A stretch of 64,000 bases of DNA from Carcharhinus longimanus (Eukaryota), in NCBI GenBank assembly GCA_030264375.1, contig JASCQW010000061.1, forward strand, positions 73,987,452 to 74,051,451, in the 5' to 3' direction. The translations under genes were made by a program, and so were the position numbers. Under the pieces are notes generated by a model. The model made no database searches. It worked only from the letters and a program-made list of their open reading frames with translations, and was not told the origin of the DNA. This document shows positions 27,479-40,000 of the stretch, piece by piece. Position 1 is the first letter of the stretch. Each line of letters opens with the position of its first letter.

Positions 27479-28805
27479 AATTAAGCTTATGTGCAATAGC
27501 ATAACCTTTGTTATTCAACTAAAAAAATTATGACCAATAATTGGGATTTAGAAATGCACAACAGATATAAAGATTTAATACTATTTTGAACATAAAAACA
27601 CATGTTATTGGGTGGGATTTTTCTCCGTCTCCACAACATGTTCTGCAGCAGTGGGATCTTGTGGTTCCATCATTGTCAATGGAGCTTCCTGTTGAACGCA
27701 CCCCTCAGCAAGATTTTGGCAGCTGTTTATATATCAAACGCAGTGTTCTGAACTGAACCTGATTGAAATCCAAATTGCTGAGCTCATTAAAGTGTAGTAT
27801 TGATTAATTTTCCAAGCTAACAAGAAGTTAACTAAATAGCTCAGAAGCAATTATTAAGTTTATTATATTGGTCTGTTTTTCCTATTCTTTGAGTAAACTT
27901 ATGCAACACGAAGAATTTCTTGGGTTAAAATTCAATGTTATGCTCTCACTTGTTCTTTGATTCAAATATATATAAAATATTTAGACTGATGGTATTTTCT
28001 TTTAAAGTTTAAAATTCAGTATGTTTTTCATCATCATTGAACATTACTGTCACCTTGAACCAGTAATGTAGCTCTAAGTCTCACAAATTAATTTGGATAG
28101 AACAATGTTGTGCCAAGCTATGTCCAAACTCAAGATCAAGCTATCCCAGTCCCTATCATTCTGGTGTGCTCCATGTGCCTATCCAATAACCACTTGAAAG
28201 TTCCTAAAGTGTCCAACTCCTTGAAATATTATTTCCGAAAATATCAAAACTAGTTCAGTAGTGGTTTGAATTACCAAAATGTTGTACTGTCAGTGCGAGA
28301 TAAGCAATTATTAAATACAGGGGTGACACATTCTTCTGTAATCTCAGCCCATAATAAGGAGTTCTGATGATTTCAGACAACAGAGTTTCTCTGTCAAACC
28401 AGTAGGAGGTGCTTAAAACCTACTATCCAGACACCAACCAGTAGAGCTTAACATCAAATAAATATTGTGAGCACTATTTATGCATTAAGATAAATTAATT
28501 TCTTGAATTCAAAGAGGAATCTTTTGATTTATTCTGCTACCTCGCTGCTGTTTTCTTCCTTTCCCCAGAAATGGCGAGTGGTGGATAAAACAGTGTGACA
28601 GGCTGGTTGCTATAATGTAGGTTAAAAAGAACTGCTTGCATTCCTGGGAATATATTTGGAAGAAAATGGCAACGTTAGAAAGCTGGCCTCTTTACATGAT
28701 GAGTTGAACCTAAACAGTTTTAGAAAGTGAAGGACATAACAGGTTTCTGTTTGCTGAATTGCAGTTTACACATTAATAGACTGATAAGTCATATTCTCTT
28801 AGCAG

Positions 28806-28939
28806 GAACAACTGCACAATGTACAGAACCTCAAGAAAGCTCTGTAGTGGGAGACCGCCAACTGCCGCAGGGGGCAGATGATGACCTTACTTCCAGGAGA
28901 CCTCGGTCAGCTGGAGGCAGCAAACCCTGCCAGGAGCAG
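28806..28939 (+). CDS. ZFHX4: ZFHX4 internal coding exon, 134 bp, phase 1-0 (GTTAQCTEPQESSVVGDRQLPQGADDDLTSRRPRSAGGSKPCQEQ)
   Basis: Acceptor attctcttagcag and donor CAG|gtgaga. Open frame; phases fit both neighbours. Ends in CxEQ just before the zinc-finger exon, as recalled for vertebrate ZFHX4. Confidence 0.85.
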
Positions 28940-29572
28940 GTGAGAGACGAAAGGGATTTTTTTATTCGTTGTCTTATTCTTCTGGTCTACTTTCTTTATC
29001 AGTTTTCCTTAATGAATTGCTTGCCAAAAAATTTTGCAGCAAATTATTTGTAAAAAGGTTCATTTAAAAATATTCAAACTGTCTAGAATTACCTTTGCTG
29101 TGTTTTGACCTGAAGTTTTCTATTACAAACATCACTTAAAGGCAAATTGGCTTAATTTTTGAAATGGATATGAGAAATGCCGACAGTGTAAACAGGATCC
29201 ATTTGAGAGCATTGAAAATAGCGTCTGATATAAGAAAGTCTAATTTTTCACTAAAAATGGATAAAACTATTTGAAATCTTACTGTTAAAAAGGACAATGT
29301 GACTAATCAACTTTTCTTTGTTATAAAGCTGACCCTGTTGACATGAAGGAATAAAATTGTACCTGGGAATTCAATAGTTGTTTTTGGGAATAAATGTTGT
29401 ATTTGGGAATAAACATTATATTCAATTTAACTTCATGTTTTATAAATGCAGTCGTAATTTCTCATGCAAAATGAAATGATATGGCATTCTTAAAAAGCAG
29501 AACAGAGAAACCTTGCGTGCTGTATACCACCAGGTTTTAATATAAATTTTACTAAATATTCTTTGGTTACAG

Positions 29573-29773
29573 CTGTACCAGTGCCCCTACTGCAATTATA
29601 ACAGTAAGGATGGAAACAGGATCCAGATGCATGTCATGTCCCAGCATTCCATGCAGCCAGTCATCTGCTGCCCTCTCTGTCAGGATGTGCTCAGCAACAA
29701 GATTCATCTACAGCTCCACCTGACCCACTTGCACAGTGTGGCACCTGATTGTGTGGAGAAGCTACTTATGACT
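29573..29773 (+). CDS. ZFHX4: ZFHX4 coding exon, 201 bp, two C2H2 zinc fingers ([25 protein letters not shown]...[23 protein letters not shown]...LLMT)
   Basis: Acceptor ttctttggttacag and donor ACT|gtaagc. Two clear CxxC...HxxxxH motifs; overlaps ORF 29627..29851. Confidence 0.96.
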
Positions 29774-30664
29774 GTAAGCGGTTTAAAACGTATCTCAGTC
29801 AAGGAGTTTTTTTGGTTTCAGAACTGGAAATTGAAATGCATCATTATTTGAAATATAAGCTGGAGAGCTTATTGCCCTTTTCAGAACAAAATGTATTCCC
29901 ATCGTGATTTATGCTGTAAGATAATTACTAATTTACTATTAGATGAACTGCGCTGCCTCTTAAGCATAATACATTATGAGGGGTTGACACACTGGTCCAC
30001 ATTTTCTCATTTAGAAATAAAATAGCAATGGGTGTAGTGTTGTTATATATTCTTGTGTGTTAGGAATTAAAATTCTGATTTCTACACGCTACATAGCTTT
30101 TTAAGACTATTCTAATGAATTTGAAAAGAAAATGCATTCATCGGAGAAAGCAAACAAAACCCATCATGCAGTTACTGAAGAAACAGATTAAAAGTCACCT
30201 GAGAAATAAGCAGAATTTTAAGAATAGCAGTAATACAGATTTGTGAATACAAGTGGCTATTTAAAATTCAGTTGGAGATAACTCTAATGAGCATTAAAAA
30301 AGATAAAATGTCAATAGAAACTAAGTTATAGACAGCAGCAAGAGGGATTTACTAAGGAAATGCGCTCTGAAGTTGCAAAAGAACTATTTATGTTGAAGTG
30401 TAGAGAAAGGAATAAGGGGAAGTAATAGATGTGTGGTGTGAATTATTTAGGTGTCATTCGTGTTTCAGCAACGTCAGTATAACCTGCAAGTGAGATTGTG
30501 TGGCTTCAAGTCTCACTTCGGAGCTGAGCACATAATCCGGTCTGACGTTCAATACTAGTCATGATGTGGGTATGCTGGCATTGGACTGGCGTAAAGTTCA
30601 ATACTAGTCCAGTGCTGAGAGCCAACTGTTGTGAAAATGCTGAAGAGCATTGAAGTCCATGTGT

Positions 30665-31100
30665 GCACAAGAATTAGGAGCAGGGGTAGGCCATTTGGCC
30701 CTTTCAGCCTGCTCCTGCAATCAGTAAGATCATGGCTGATCAGATTGTGGTTTCGACTCCACTTTCCTGTCTGACCCCCAGTAACCTTTGACCCCCTCGT
30801 CAATCAAAAATCTAACTCGGCCTTGAATGTATTCAGTGTCCCAGCCTGCACTGCTGTCTGGGTGAGAGAATTCCACAGATCGGCTGAGAGAAACAAATTC
30901 TCCTCATCCTGGCCTTAAATAGGAGAATCCTAATTTTTAAACTGTGCTCCTAGTTCTAGACTGCTCAAGAAGGGAAAACATCCTCTCAGCATCCACCTTG
31001 TCTGGATCCTATAGGCTTCAATAAGATCACTCCTCATTCTCCTAAGCTCCAATGAGTATAGGCCTTTCCTCAGAAACTAACCCCGTCATCCCAGGAATCA
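30665..31100 (-). mobile_element. CR1 LINE 3' end
   Basis: aagaattaggagcaggggtaggccatttggccc...gatcatggctgatc...ctccaatgagtataggc, the same signature as the copy starting at 48316. Confidence 0.85.
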
Positions 31101-33049
31101 GACAACTACATCCTAAAGTCCTCAAGAAGTTTGTGCTTTTAGAAGTTTCCTATGGCTGCATTTTATGGCTGCAAATCAGGTGAGGCATCCCCTCCACTGA
31201 AGTAAAATATGGCATGATGATGTTGGGTCAACAATCTGACATTGTCCCGCCAAGTCTCTGACAACGTGGAAGGTGATTGGGTTCCGAAACTGGAAATCCA
31301 CTTGATCTATTGGTGTGGGGAGAGTGGAAAGCAATTAACAAGCTGTTGAGTTTGTTAAAAAGCCAATCAACTGCAATTGTTTATTTCCTACTCTATTTAT
31401 TACCAATTTTACTGGAAACATGTTAGGCATGAGTTATCATGATGTAGAGATGCATGATGTAGAGATATAGGTGTGAGTTATGCCAGGTACGAGGATACAG
31501 GTGGCACCAGTGTAGATTAAAAGGCATGCAAATGTGGTAGCTTGTAGCAGCAGAGTCTGCTGTTGAAGGTGGCAGGATTTGGCCTTTAGAAGACCTTTTT
31601 TGTTCTTCTTTTATTGACTGGCGGAACAATCAAGGAGAGAGTGAGAGGATAGGAGGCTTTTAAATTGGTGACTGGAAGTGGATCACAGCCTAACCCCTCT
31701 CTCGCTGGATTTCCTACCCTAGATGCCTGGTTGGGTGCAGATCTCCCTTTCACAACGCTCATTATCTGGCAGTCCCACCAGCTAGCCACTAATTGGTCGG
31801 CTGTACGTTATTCAGTATGCTGAAACGGTAGAGGTGGGAGCGCCCACATACGGAGCATTTTCTGCACATTATCAGTTTTCAGGTAATAATAGGTCAGCAT
31901 GGATTTAGAAGCACCTACTGGATCCCTGAAGGAAATAGTCAGACAAGTTGGTAGACACTGTTCAGACAATTTACTTGGATTTTCAGAAGATTAGATCTGG
32001 GAATTTCCTCATAACTCTTTCCTTAGCTTTACCAGCGGGAAACGCCAGAAACAGCCCTAAGAAAAGCAATAGCAAATTAACTGGCCAATTAAGAATTCAC
32101 CAATAACAACTGAAAGTGAGAGATAGCCTTGGCCTTGAGGGCAGTGACTCATGGGCCTGGATTCTCATGCATCTGTCCATGCCAGCACAAAGACAAGGGA
32201 GTTTTAAAAACGGCAGGTGGGACCCAATTTGGGATTCACACTCCATTTCCCTGTGTGGGCATTTTTCTGGTGCCAGGAGAAATCTGCAGGTAGCAAGCCT
32301 GCACTTAGCCAACCTACCCTTGTCTACATCATTGCAGGATGGGTATTTTAGAACCTCAGTGCTACTTTCAAGGAGTAGGGCAAGTTTTTGGAGGACTCCT
32401 GCACCTCAGGAGTCGTGAACCCTTTGGGACCCTTCTGACAAGTAAGGTTAAAAGGTGTCGTCACCCATACCAACCCTGCTGCCCCTGCTCCCAGGCCATG
32501 CCACATTGCAGTATGATTACTTCTGTTTCATTCGCATGGATCAACTTAAGTTCAGAGGGGGATGATAAGAATAACTGCAGGTCTAAATGGTTCCTAGTTA
32601 AGAAGAGAAAATCACAGAAGTTCTTTACTTAGATGAAAATTGATGAAACATATGATCTAGTATCTTAAAATACCAAGTAGCATAGGTAATGATTTAAGAT
32701 TGGTACTTGGACTCTAACTTGTATTGAAAGTGCCAATCAAGAGAATGGATGCAAGACCTCTAGCAAGGCTAGAGATTATAAAAATACCACAGATGATAGA
32801 NNNNNNNNNNGAAGGCCAGGTAGCACTACTGGTGAGAGGAATAGAGTTAATGTTTAAGGTAGATAATTTTTCATAAGAACATTGAGGATATTTGTTGCTG
32901 CAGTTATTGATATGTGGATTATAATCCCACAAAAATAAAATTGACAATTTATTTTACCCAGAAATTTTGTAGGTTAATTAACGACATCCAACATAGATTT
33001 GTTGATGGCAAATTACATATGACAAAATAGAGTTTTTGAATAAAAGTAA

Positions 33050-33250
33050 TAGAAAGGATTGATGAAGGTAGTGTCATTCATGTCCTGTGTGTGGACTATC
33101 AAAAGGTGTTTAATAAAATGCCACTTTAGTAGTCTCATTAGTGAAATGAAAGCCATGGAATAAAGGGACACTGGCAACATGGATAAGTGACAGAAAGTGG
33201 AGAAAATTGATAACCAGCTGTTTGTCAGACTGGAGTATGTCTGTGAGGAA
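33050..33250 (+). mobile_element. CR1 RT fragment
   Basis: Translates to IDEGSVIHVLCVDYQKVFNKMP...KAMEIKG-like, a degenerate VD.G..VDV.YMDFQKAFDKVPH. Confidence 0.65.
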
Positions 33251-34305
33251 CTACGGCCAAGTTTCAGACCACAGCTGACTGCTACTGTGTCTGTGCATGT
33301 GCAAGCTGTATGTGGCACAATACAGCAAATGATACAGCTCTGCATCTACACTCCCATTGACCTAAAGACTGACAGGTTCCAACAGTCTTTACAAAGTAGG
33401 TCTTCCAGGTTTCACAGAAATGACTGGGGCCATTTCAGCAAGTACACCCATACAACTGAGTTGGATCTTAATCTAGTTATGATTTCTTTTAAGGGGGAGA
33501 AATGAAGCATGGCATGCTGTGATCAGCAAGATTTTTACAAAACTTTGCCACATATCTATAAGTCAAACATTTAGACCTTGAAGTAATGGGACTCGGATCT
33601 TCTGACACAATGTCCTTCAATATAAAGAATCCCAATAAGCAAAGAATTTGCCATAGAAAACCATATTAGCTCTCTGTACAGCTGCTGCATGCTAGGTATG
33701 AGCAGAAGGATATGCAATGTCTCATGGTCAGGCTGGTATGCCTAGTATCGCTCTACAGATACCAGGCATGGCAGCCTGATCTCTAGCTCTGAGCACGTCA
33801 ATTCAGAGAATCTGTATGGATAATCCCTGCACTAACACCAAATGGGGCTATTTCATACCACAACTCACCTGCTTCCACTCCTTCCCTGCTTCCTGCTTTC
33901 TGGACAACACGATGATCGACAACAATGAGAGTAGTTGGGTCTAGATAACTCCCACTCCACTTCCTTATCTGACCACCTTGAAGTACAAACAGGAGATCAA
34001 AATTGATTCTTACCTGTTATGACAATTAGTGTTTTTATTTGAAATATTAAATAAAATGCAGCACACAGAAAATGTTTTGGTTATTGGCTTACCCAAAGGT
34101 AGGGCAAGTAGAAATTCCTTCACCTATTCATCAATCCCATTAGCAAGATTCCTTTTCACCATAAGTTTATTTTCAATAAATGAAATGCTTTGAATGAATT
34201 CCAGCAGAAAGTGTCATCTGAACAAAATGTATTTTGTTTCAATAATAAATGCAGTCATTGTAAGAAATATTTGTATTAGAGTTTCTTCATTTGCTTCTTC
34301 TAAAG

Positions 34306-34426
34306 GTGTCTGTTCCAGATGGGATGAACTCCACCAGCATACTGCCTTCAACTGGTTCTGAAAAAATGCAATGCTTCCTTAGCAATACTGCAACTGTAAC
34401 TACAGAGGAATCATGCAAATTATCCG
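34306..34426 (+). CDS. ZFHX4: ZFHX4 coding exon, 121 bp, phase 0-1 (VSVPDGMNSTSILPSTGSEKMQCFLSNTATVTTEESCKLS)
   Basis: Acceptor tttgcttcttctaaag and donor CCG|gtaagc. Open frame bridging the phase-0 donor at 29773 and the phase-1 acceptor at 37020. Begins VxVPD as recalled for ZFHX4. Confidence 0.88.
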
Positions 34427-35572
34427 GTAAGCCTTCAGGGAAATGATAATTGGCCTTGTAAAGATTGTATTGTTTGTGTGAGAATAGTTGAACAATCAAT
34501 TTATTTGGCAAATTTGAAATTTGAATACTAGACATTATTTGCCCTGACTGCCAAATGCGCCAAATGTGCTCCAGCAACATGTTTACACTGGGAAGAGTTG
34601 GGCTTTGCTGCAGAAGTGGATGTACTTTCTCAATACTAGCAACAAAGTGTGTACTTATCTATTCACAACGGGTTCCACTCACTGCAAGAATGCAAGCAAG
34701 ACAGTTCGGTTCAAAGCACAGTCAAAGCCTTTGTGGTATTCTGGACCATTCTTTTTAATAATTACTTTGTCAAAATGTTCCCATTTTATCAATGTCTAGA
34801 GCATTTCTAATAGTCTACTAAATGCTCCAGAGTCTCTGTGATTTGTTAAGCGTACAAAATTGAAGTGTACAAAAATCACCTTTCTATATTTCCCATACCT
34901 GCCAAAGATGTTTGTTTCCATACCGTTTCTGTTTCCATTCCTCTGAGAGGCTTTGAGACTGAGGATGTATAGTGTATCCATAAAACAAAACATTGACACT
35001 GTAGTTGGCAGAGCTCCACTAGGTATTGGAAGAGAGTGTTTGATGTGAATGTGAAATGTATTGATTAATAGCTGAAAGATTATAATTTGGACTTTGTCGT
35101 GAAGTTGGAGAAGCCCACGAATAATGTTCAGGTTGTGAATCTGAAAGTAATTGTTCTCAAATAATTCTGATTGAACCAGTAAATTCTTCAATAAGAATCC
35201 AGACAGATTTCTAGCATTAGAATGACGATGGATATTTCCAGAATCCCTCTGATTTCTTGTAGTGGTGAGTGGAACTTGTGCTGGGATCAATATAAAATAT
35301 TCACTTCTAATTTCCACTGTTGGTTTCACAAGCTATTCTTTCTCAGTTGAACAGGCTTGTATTAGTATCTGTGTTTGAAAAGTTGAATTTTTCTTTACTT
35401 GTTGAGCTATTGAGTTGTGTTGGTGGTCACTTAGCTTCCCTTCGCAAGTAGTACATTTCAGTGAGAAGCCACTGAATTGGTATGTCAGGACATTGGAAGG
35501 CTTTGAAATAAAATAAGGAATACAAGTTGGGGGAGTGGAAGGGGGGCAGGAAATGAGGATTTATCTTTGTGG

Positions 35573-35761
35573 AAAATCAAACATATGCATTTGATGCTAT
35601 GCCCATTTTACAAAGTTCATTTCTAATTAATCAATTGTCAATCAAATTGACATAGAAAATGTATTACATCATCAAAGATGTCCCAAACCTCATATCCAAT
35701 TGATTAATTAGAAATGGACTTTGTAAAATGGGCAGAGCATCAAATGCATATGTTTGATTTT
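35573..35761. repeat. Long inverted repeat: 65-bp arms (35573-35637, 35697-35761), 63/65 complementary, 59-bp spacer
   Basis: Left arm aaaatcaaacatatgcatttgatgctAtgcccattttacaaagtTcatttctaattaatcaattg is the reverse complement of the right arm except at the two capitalised positions. Confidence 0.95.
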
Positions 35762-35829
35762 GAGTTAGAATGTCAAAGGATAAAACCACACTTGAGGATT
35801 TGAGTATCACAATTTAACCTGATAACCTA

Positions 35830-36185
35830 CACAGTGGCAAGATGGTTAGCACTGCTGCCTCACAGTGCCAGGGACCCCACTTGATACCAGCCTTGGGTGA
35901 ATGTCTGTGTGGAGGTTGTACATTTTCTCCGTGTCTGCATGGGTTTCCTTTGGGTACTCCAATTTCCTTGCACAGTCTAAAGATGTGCAGGTCAGATGGA
36001 TTGACCATACTAATTTGCCTCTTGCTGTCAAAGATGTGTGGAAGGTAGATTAGACATGGTAAATGCATGAGGTTATGGGGATAGGGTGGGCTGATGGATG
36101 GGCCTGAGTAAGATGCACTTTCGGAGACTCAGTGCAAACTCGCTGGGTTGAATGGCCTCCTTCTGTACTGTAATGATCCTGTGAA
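35830..36185 (+). mobile_element. tRNA-derived SINE, HE1/V-SINE type
   Basis: agtggcaagatggttagcactgctgcctcacagtgccagggaccc...gaatggcctccttctgtactgta. Confidence 0.88.
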
Positions 36186-37019
36186 TACTGTGAATTACTT
36201 GGAGAGCGCTGAGTTTTGGTTGAGACTTTAAACTGAGACTTTGGTAGACATGAAATGCCTAGTGTAGTTTATTATCCCAGCTCTGGATTCAGAATTTGGG
36301 GCATAACCTGGTTCTCCAAGTTTCCACCTCATTAACAGTGACCTGTAAATACTTACCTTGGGTGCAAAAGCTGGAACTTCCTCTATTCGCACTGTGTTCT
36401 AGCAACAGTTTGGGGGAATGTCTGAGGAAATTTTTAAACCAGGCTAATAATCCACCATACACTGGGTTGTAGACAACTATATCCTATTCTGAACCTAATG
36501 AAGACCTCAAAGGTCAAAGACTTGCCAGAATCAGAAATATTTGAAATTTGTACTTTTCGCTTAGAGCAGCAGCCTCTCTTATTCCTCTTCTCAGATTGAA
36601 CTTCAGAAATTGACCAGTGTGCATGATGCTTGGAAGGTGACTGGCAGCAAACTTTTGTATTTGGCATTTATAGCAGCAGGCTGTCAGGATACAATAATAC
36701 TTTCTTCTTGGCTCTTTTCCTGAAGAACATATCAGAGACATGGGATATGGTCTCCAGAAGGGTAGGGAGTTTTAGTTCAGTTGGGCAGCATGGTTGCTGC
36801 GAGCTTGGAGTGCCAAAGGGCCTGTTCCTGTGCTGTAATTTTCTTTGATCTTTGTTTTAGAGTGTTCATTCTTATAGCTGTTGCAACTGTTGCTGTATGA
36901 AAAAGAGAAAGGTAGAAATATAACAGTGCTCTAGGCTTTATAGTGAATTTAGGAATGTCATGATGTTTTAGAATTACATTTTATGTTTCTTTCATTTTGC
37001 ATTATTTTTAATTAAACAG

Positions 37020-40000
37020 GTGAATATTCATCAGAGGGCAAGTTTTATACAGCCTCAGACAACACAAAGTCTGGAACTGAGTCCAAAAGTGAGGAACAGA
37101 AGATGTCAAAGGAATCTTCCGATACTGCAGATTGGAAGAAGGATGGAAGTCAACGTTTGAAGGTTTCAGAGTCTCTGCAAGATCAACTAAATGAACTCCA
37201 GAAAAGGCAACAGCTGCCTGTGTCTGATCGGCATGTGTACAAATATCGCTGCAGCCAATGTAGTCTGGCTTTCAAGACCATGCAGAAGCTTCAGATTCAT
37301 TCACAGTATCATGCTATTCGGGCTGCCACAATGTGTAGCCTTTGTCAACGTAGCTTCCGCACATTTCTGGCTTTGAAGAGACATTTAGAAACCAGTCACC
37401 CTGAACTGAGTGAGGTTGAGATACAACAGATATGTGGGAGCTATCATGTGAATGGAGAATTCTGGTCAGAAAGTGATGTTATCGGTCAAGACGATAACAT
37501 TCTGGCACAGGAAATAGATAAAGAAGAGGAAATAGATCAGGATGGGAAAGTCAGTCCAGCAGGAAGTGACAGCAGCTCTATTCTAGATGACTTAAATTCA
37601 GAACCAAAACGAACACTGCCTTTCCGGAAAGGTCCAAATTTTACCATGGAGAAGTTTTTAGATCCTTCTCGACCATACAAATGCACAGTGTGCAAAGAAT
37701 CTTTCACGCAGAAGAACATCCTCTTGGTTCACTATAATTCAGTATCGCACTTGCACAAGCTTAAGAAAGTTCTTCAAGAGGCATCAAGTCCAGTTCCTCA
37801 AGAATCCAACAACAACATAGACAACAAGCCCTACAAGTGCAACACATGTAATGTCGCTTATAGCCAGAGCTCTACACTGGAAATACATATGAGATCTGTG
37901 CTCCATCAGACGAAAGCAAGGGCAGCCAAACTGGAAGCAGGGGGTTGTAGTACTGCAGGCGGAAACAATAGTGTGGGCAGTAGCAGTAGTCTGCTTGCTA
38001 CTGGGCAAATGACTACAGATTCTCTTGGGATGACAGCAGTTAGTAACAAAGACGCCAATGCAGATATCAAGGAAGCAAACAAAAAGCAGTTCACTGAATC
38101 AATTTCTCCTCATTCTGTCCAGCATCAACCCCAGTCACCAGCTCAAACCCAGGCTCAGACTCAGGCCCAGGCTCAAGCTCAAGCCCAGGCTCAGGCCCAG
38201 GCTCAGGCCCAGGTTCAAGCACAGGCCCAGGCCCAGGCCCAGGCCCAGGCCCAGGCCCAAGCCCAGGCTCAGGCTCAGGCCCAGGCCCAAGCCCAAGTCC
38301 AGGCCCAAGCCCAGGCACAGATGCACCTACAACATGAACTGCAGCAACAAGCTGCTTTCTTTCAGCCTCAGTTTCTAAATCCAGCATTGTTACCACACTT
38401 TCCGATGACAGCTGAAGCTTTGCTGCAGCTCCAACAGCCACAGTTTCTCTTTCCTTTTTACCTGCCAGGTACTGAATTTAATCTAAATACAGAGCTAGGT
38501 TTGCCTGGTTCAGGGACCTTTGGAATGTCTGCAATGACAGGATCTCTGCTTGAAGATCTGAAGCAACAAGTACAAGGGCAACAGTTATTGCAAATCCAGC
38601 AGCAATATGGGCAACACCATCAAGGTTTGCAGTCTCAGCAACTGTCACAAAAGCAACAGCAACAAGCAGTTAAACCATCCAAGCAGGAACAAAATAGTCT
38701 AAATTCTGTGGAGACCCAGTTGTTAAAAGACACTTATTCCCACAAAGAAACTGAGGANNNNNNNNNNAATTAATGGAGATGGCAGAAAATAAGACACAGT
38801 ACGATTTTTTAAGTGAATCCGAAGCTTTAAAAGAAAATAAAGACACCAAAAAGCAGAAATCAGTAGACACCGTGCTTCCACCTCCTCGCATTCCATCTGG
38901 TGCAAGAGGCAATGCAGCAAAAGCTTTATTAGAAAACTTTGGTTTTGAGTTGGTTATCCAGTTTAATGAAAACAAGCAGAAAGTTCAAAAAAGAGGCAAG
39001 AATGGTGAAAATGAGAAAACTGACAAGTTAGAATGTGAAGCCTGTGGCAAACTGTTTTCAAACATTCTTATTCTGAAAAGCCACCAAGAGCATATCCACT
39101 GTCAGTTTTTCCCATTCGGGGAGCTGGAAATATTTGCATGCCACTACAGAGAAGCATATGACAAATTGTATCCTGTAACGCCATCCTCACCGGAGTCACC
39201 TACACCTACACCACTGCCTCCTCCCCCGCCTCCTCCCCCGCCTCCTCCTCCGCCACCACCACCACCTCCCTCAACAGGGAGTGGCAAACTCCAAGGATCT
39301 GCCCCGTCACCATTACCACCACCGCCACCCCCCCCGCCCCCCCCCCNNNNNNNNNNNNNNNNCCTCCACCTTCTTCACAATCCCAGGGTCAGATGCCTGT
39401 CTCTTTGGATCTGCCTCTCTTCCCCCCTGTTATGATGCAACATTCTTCTTTGCCACCCCAGCTCACATTGCAACTGCCAACGATGGAGTCTTTATCTGCC
39501 GATCTCACCCAGCTCTGCCAGCAACAGTTAGGTTTAGATCCCAATTTTCTGAAACATCACCAGTTTAAACGTCCACGCACAAGAATCACGGATGATCAAT
39601 TAAAGATCTTGCGTACTTACTTTGACATCAATAATTCACCAACTGAAGAACAAATTCAAGAGATGTCAGAAAAGTCGGGACTTCCACAGAAAGTCATTAA
39701 ACATTGGTTTCGCAATACCCTTTTCAAAGAAAGGCAAAGAAATAAGGACTCGCCGTACAACTTCAATAATCCACCTATTACCACACTGGAGGAATCCAGA
39801 AATGATACTTGTTTTAATACAGGAGAATATTACAGGACAGACGGTACAATAAATAAGCGGTCATCTCGAACTCGATTCACTGACTACCAGTTGAGGGTTC
39901 TGCAGGACTTTTTTGATACGAATGCTTATCCAAAAGATGATGAAATAGAACAATTATCCACAGTCCTGAACCTGCCGACTCGAGTAATCGTGGTGTGGTT

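Noticed and set aside
34796-35329. 177-aa minus-strand ORF
   Set aside because: No recognisable domain, intronic and antisense, with composition typical of AT-rich non-coding DNA.
38058-38441. Overlapping ORFs with poly-RP, poly-GP and poly-GL
   Set aside because: By-products of a stop-free hexamer repeat; there is no independent coding evidence.
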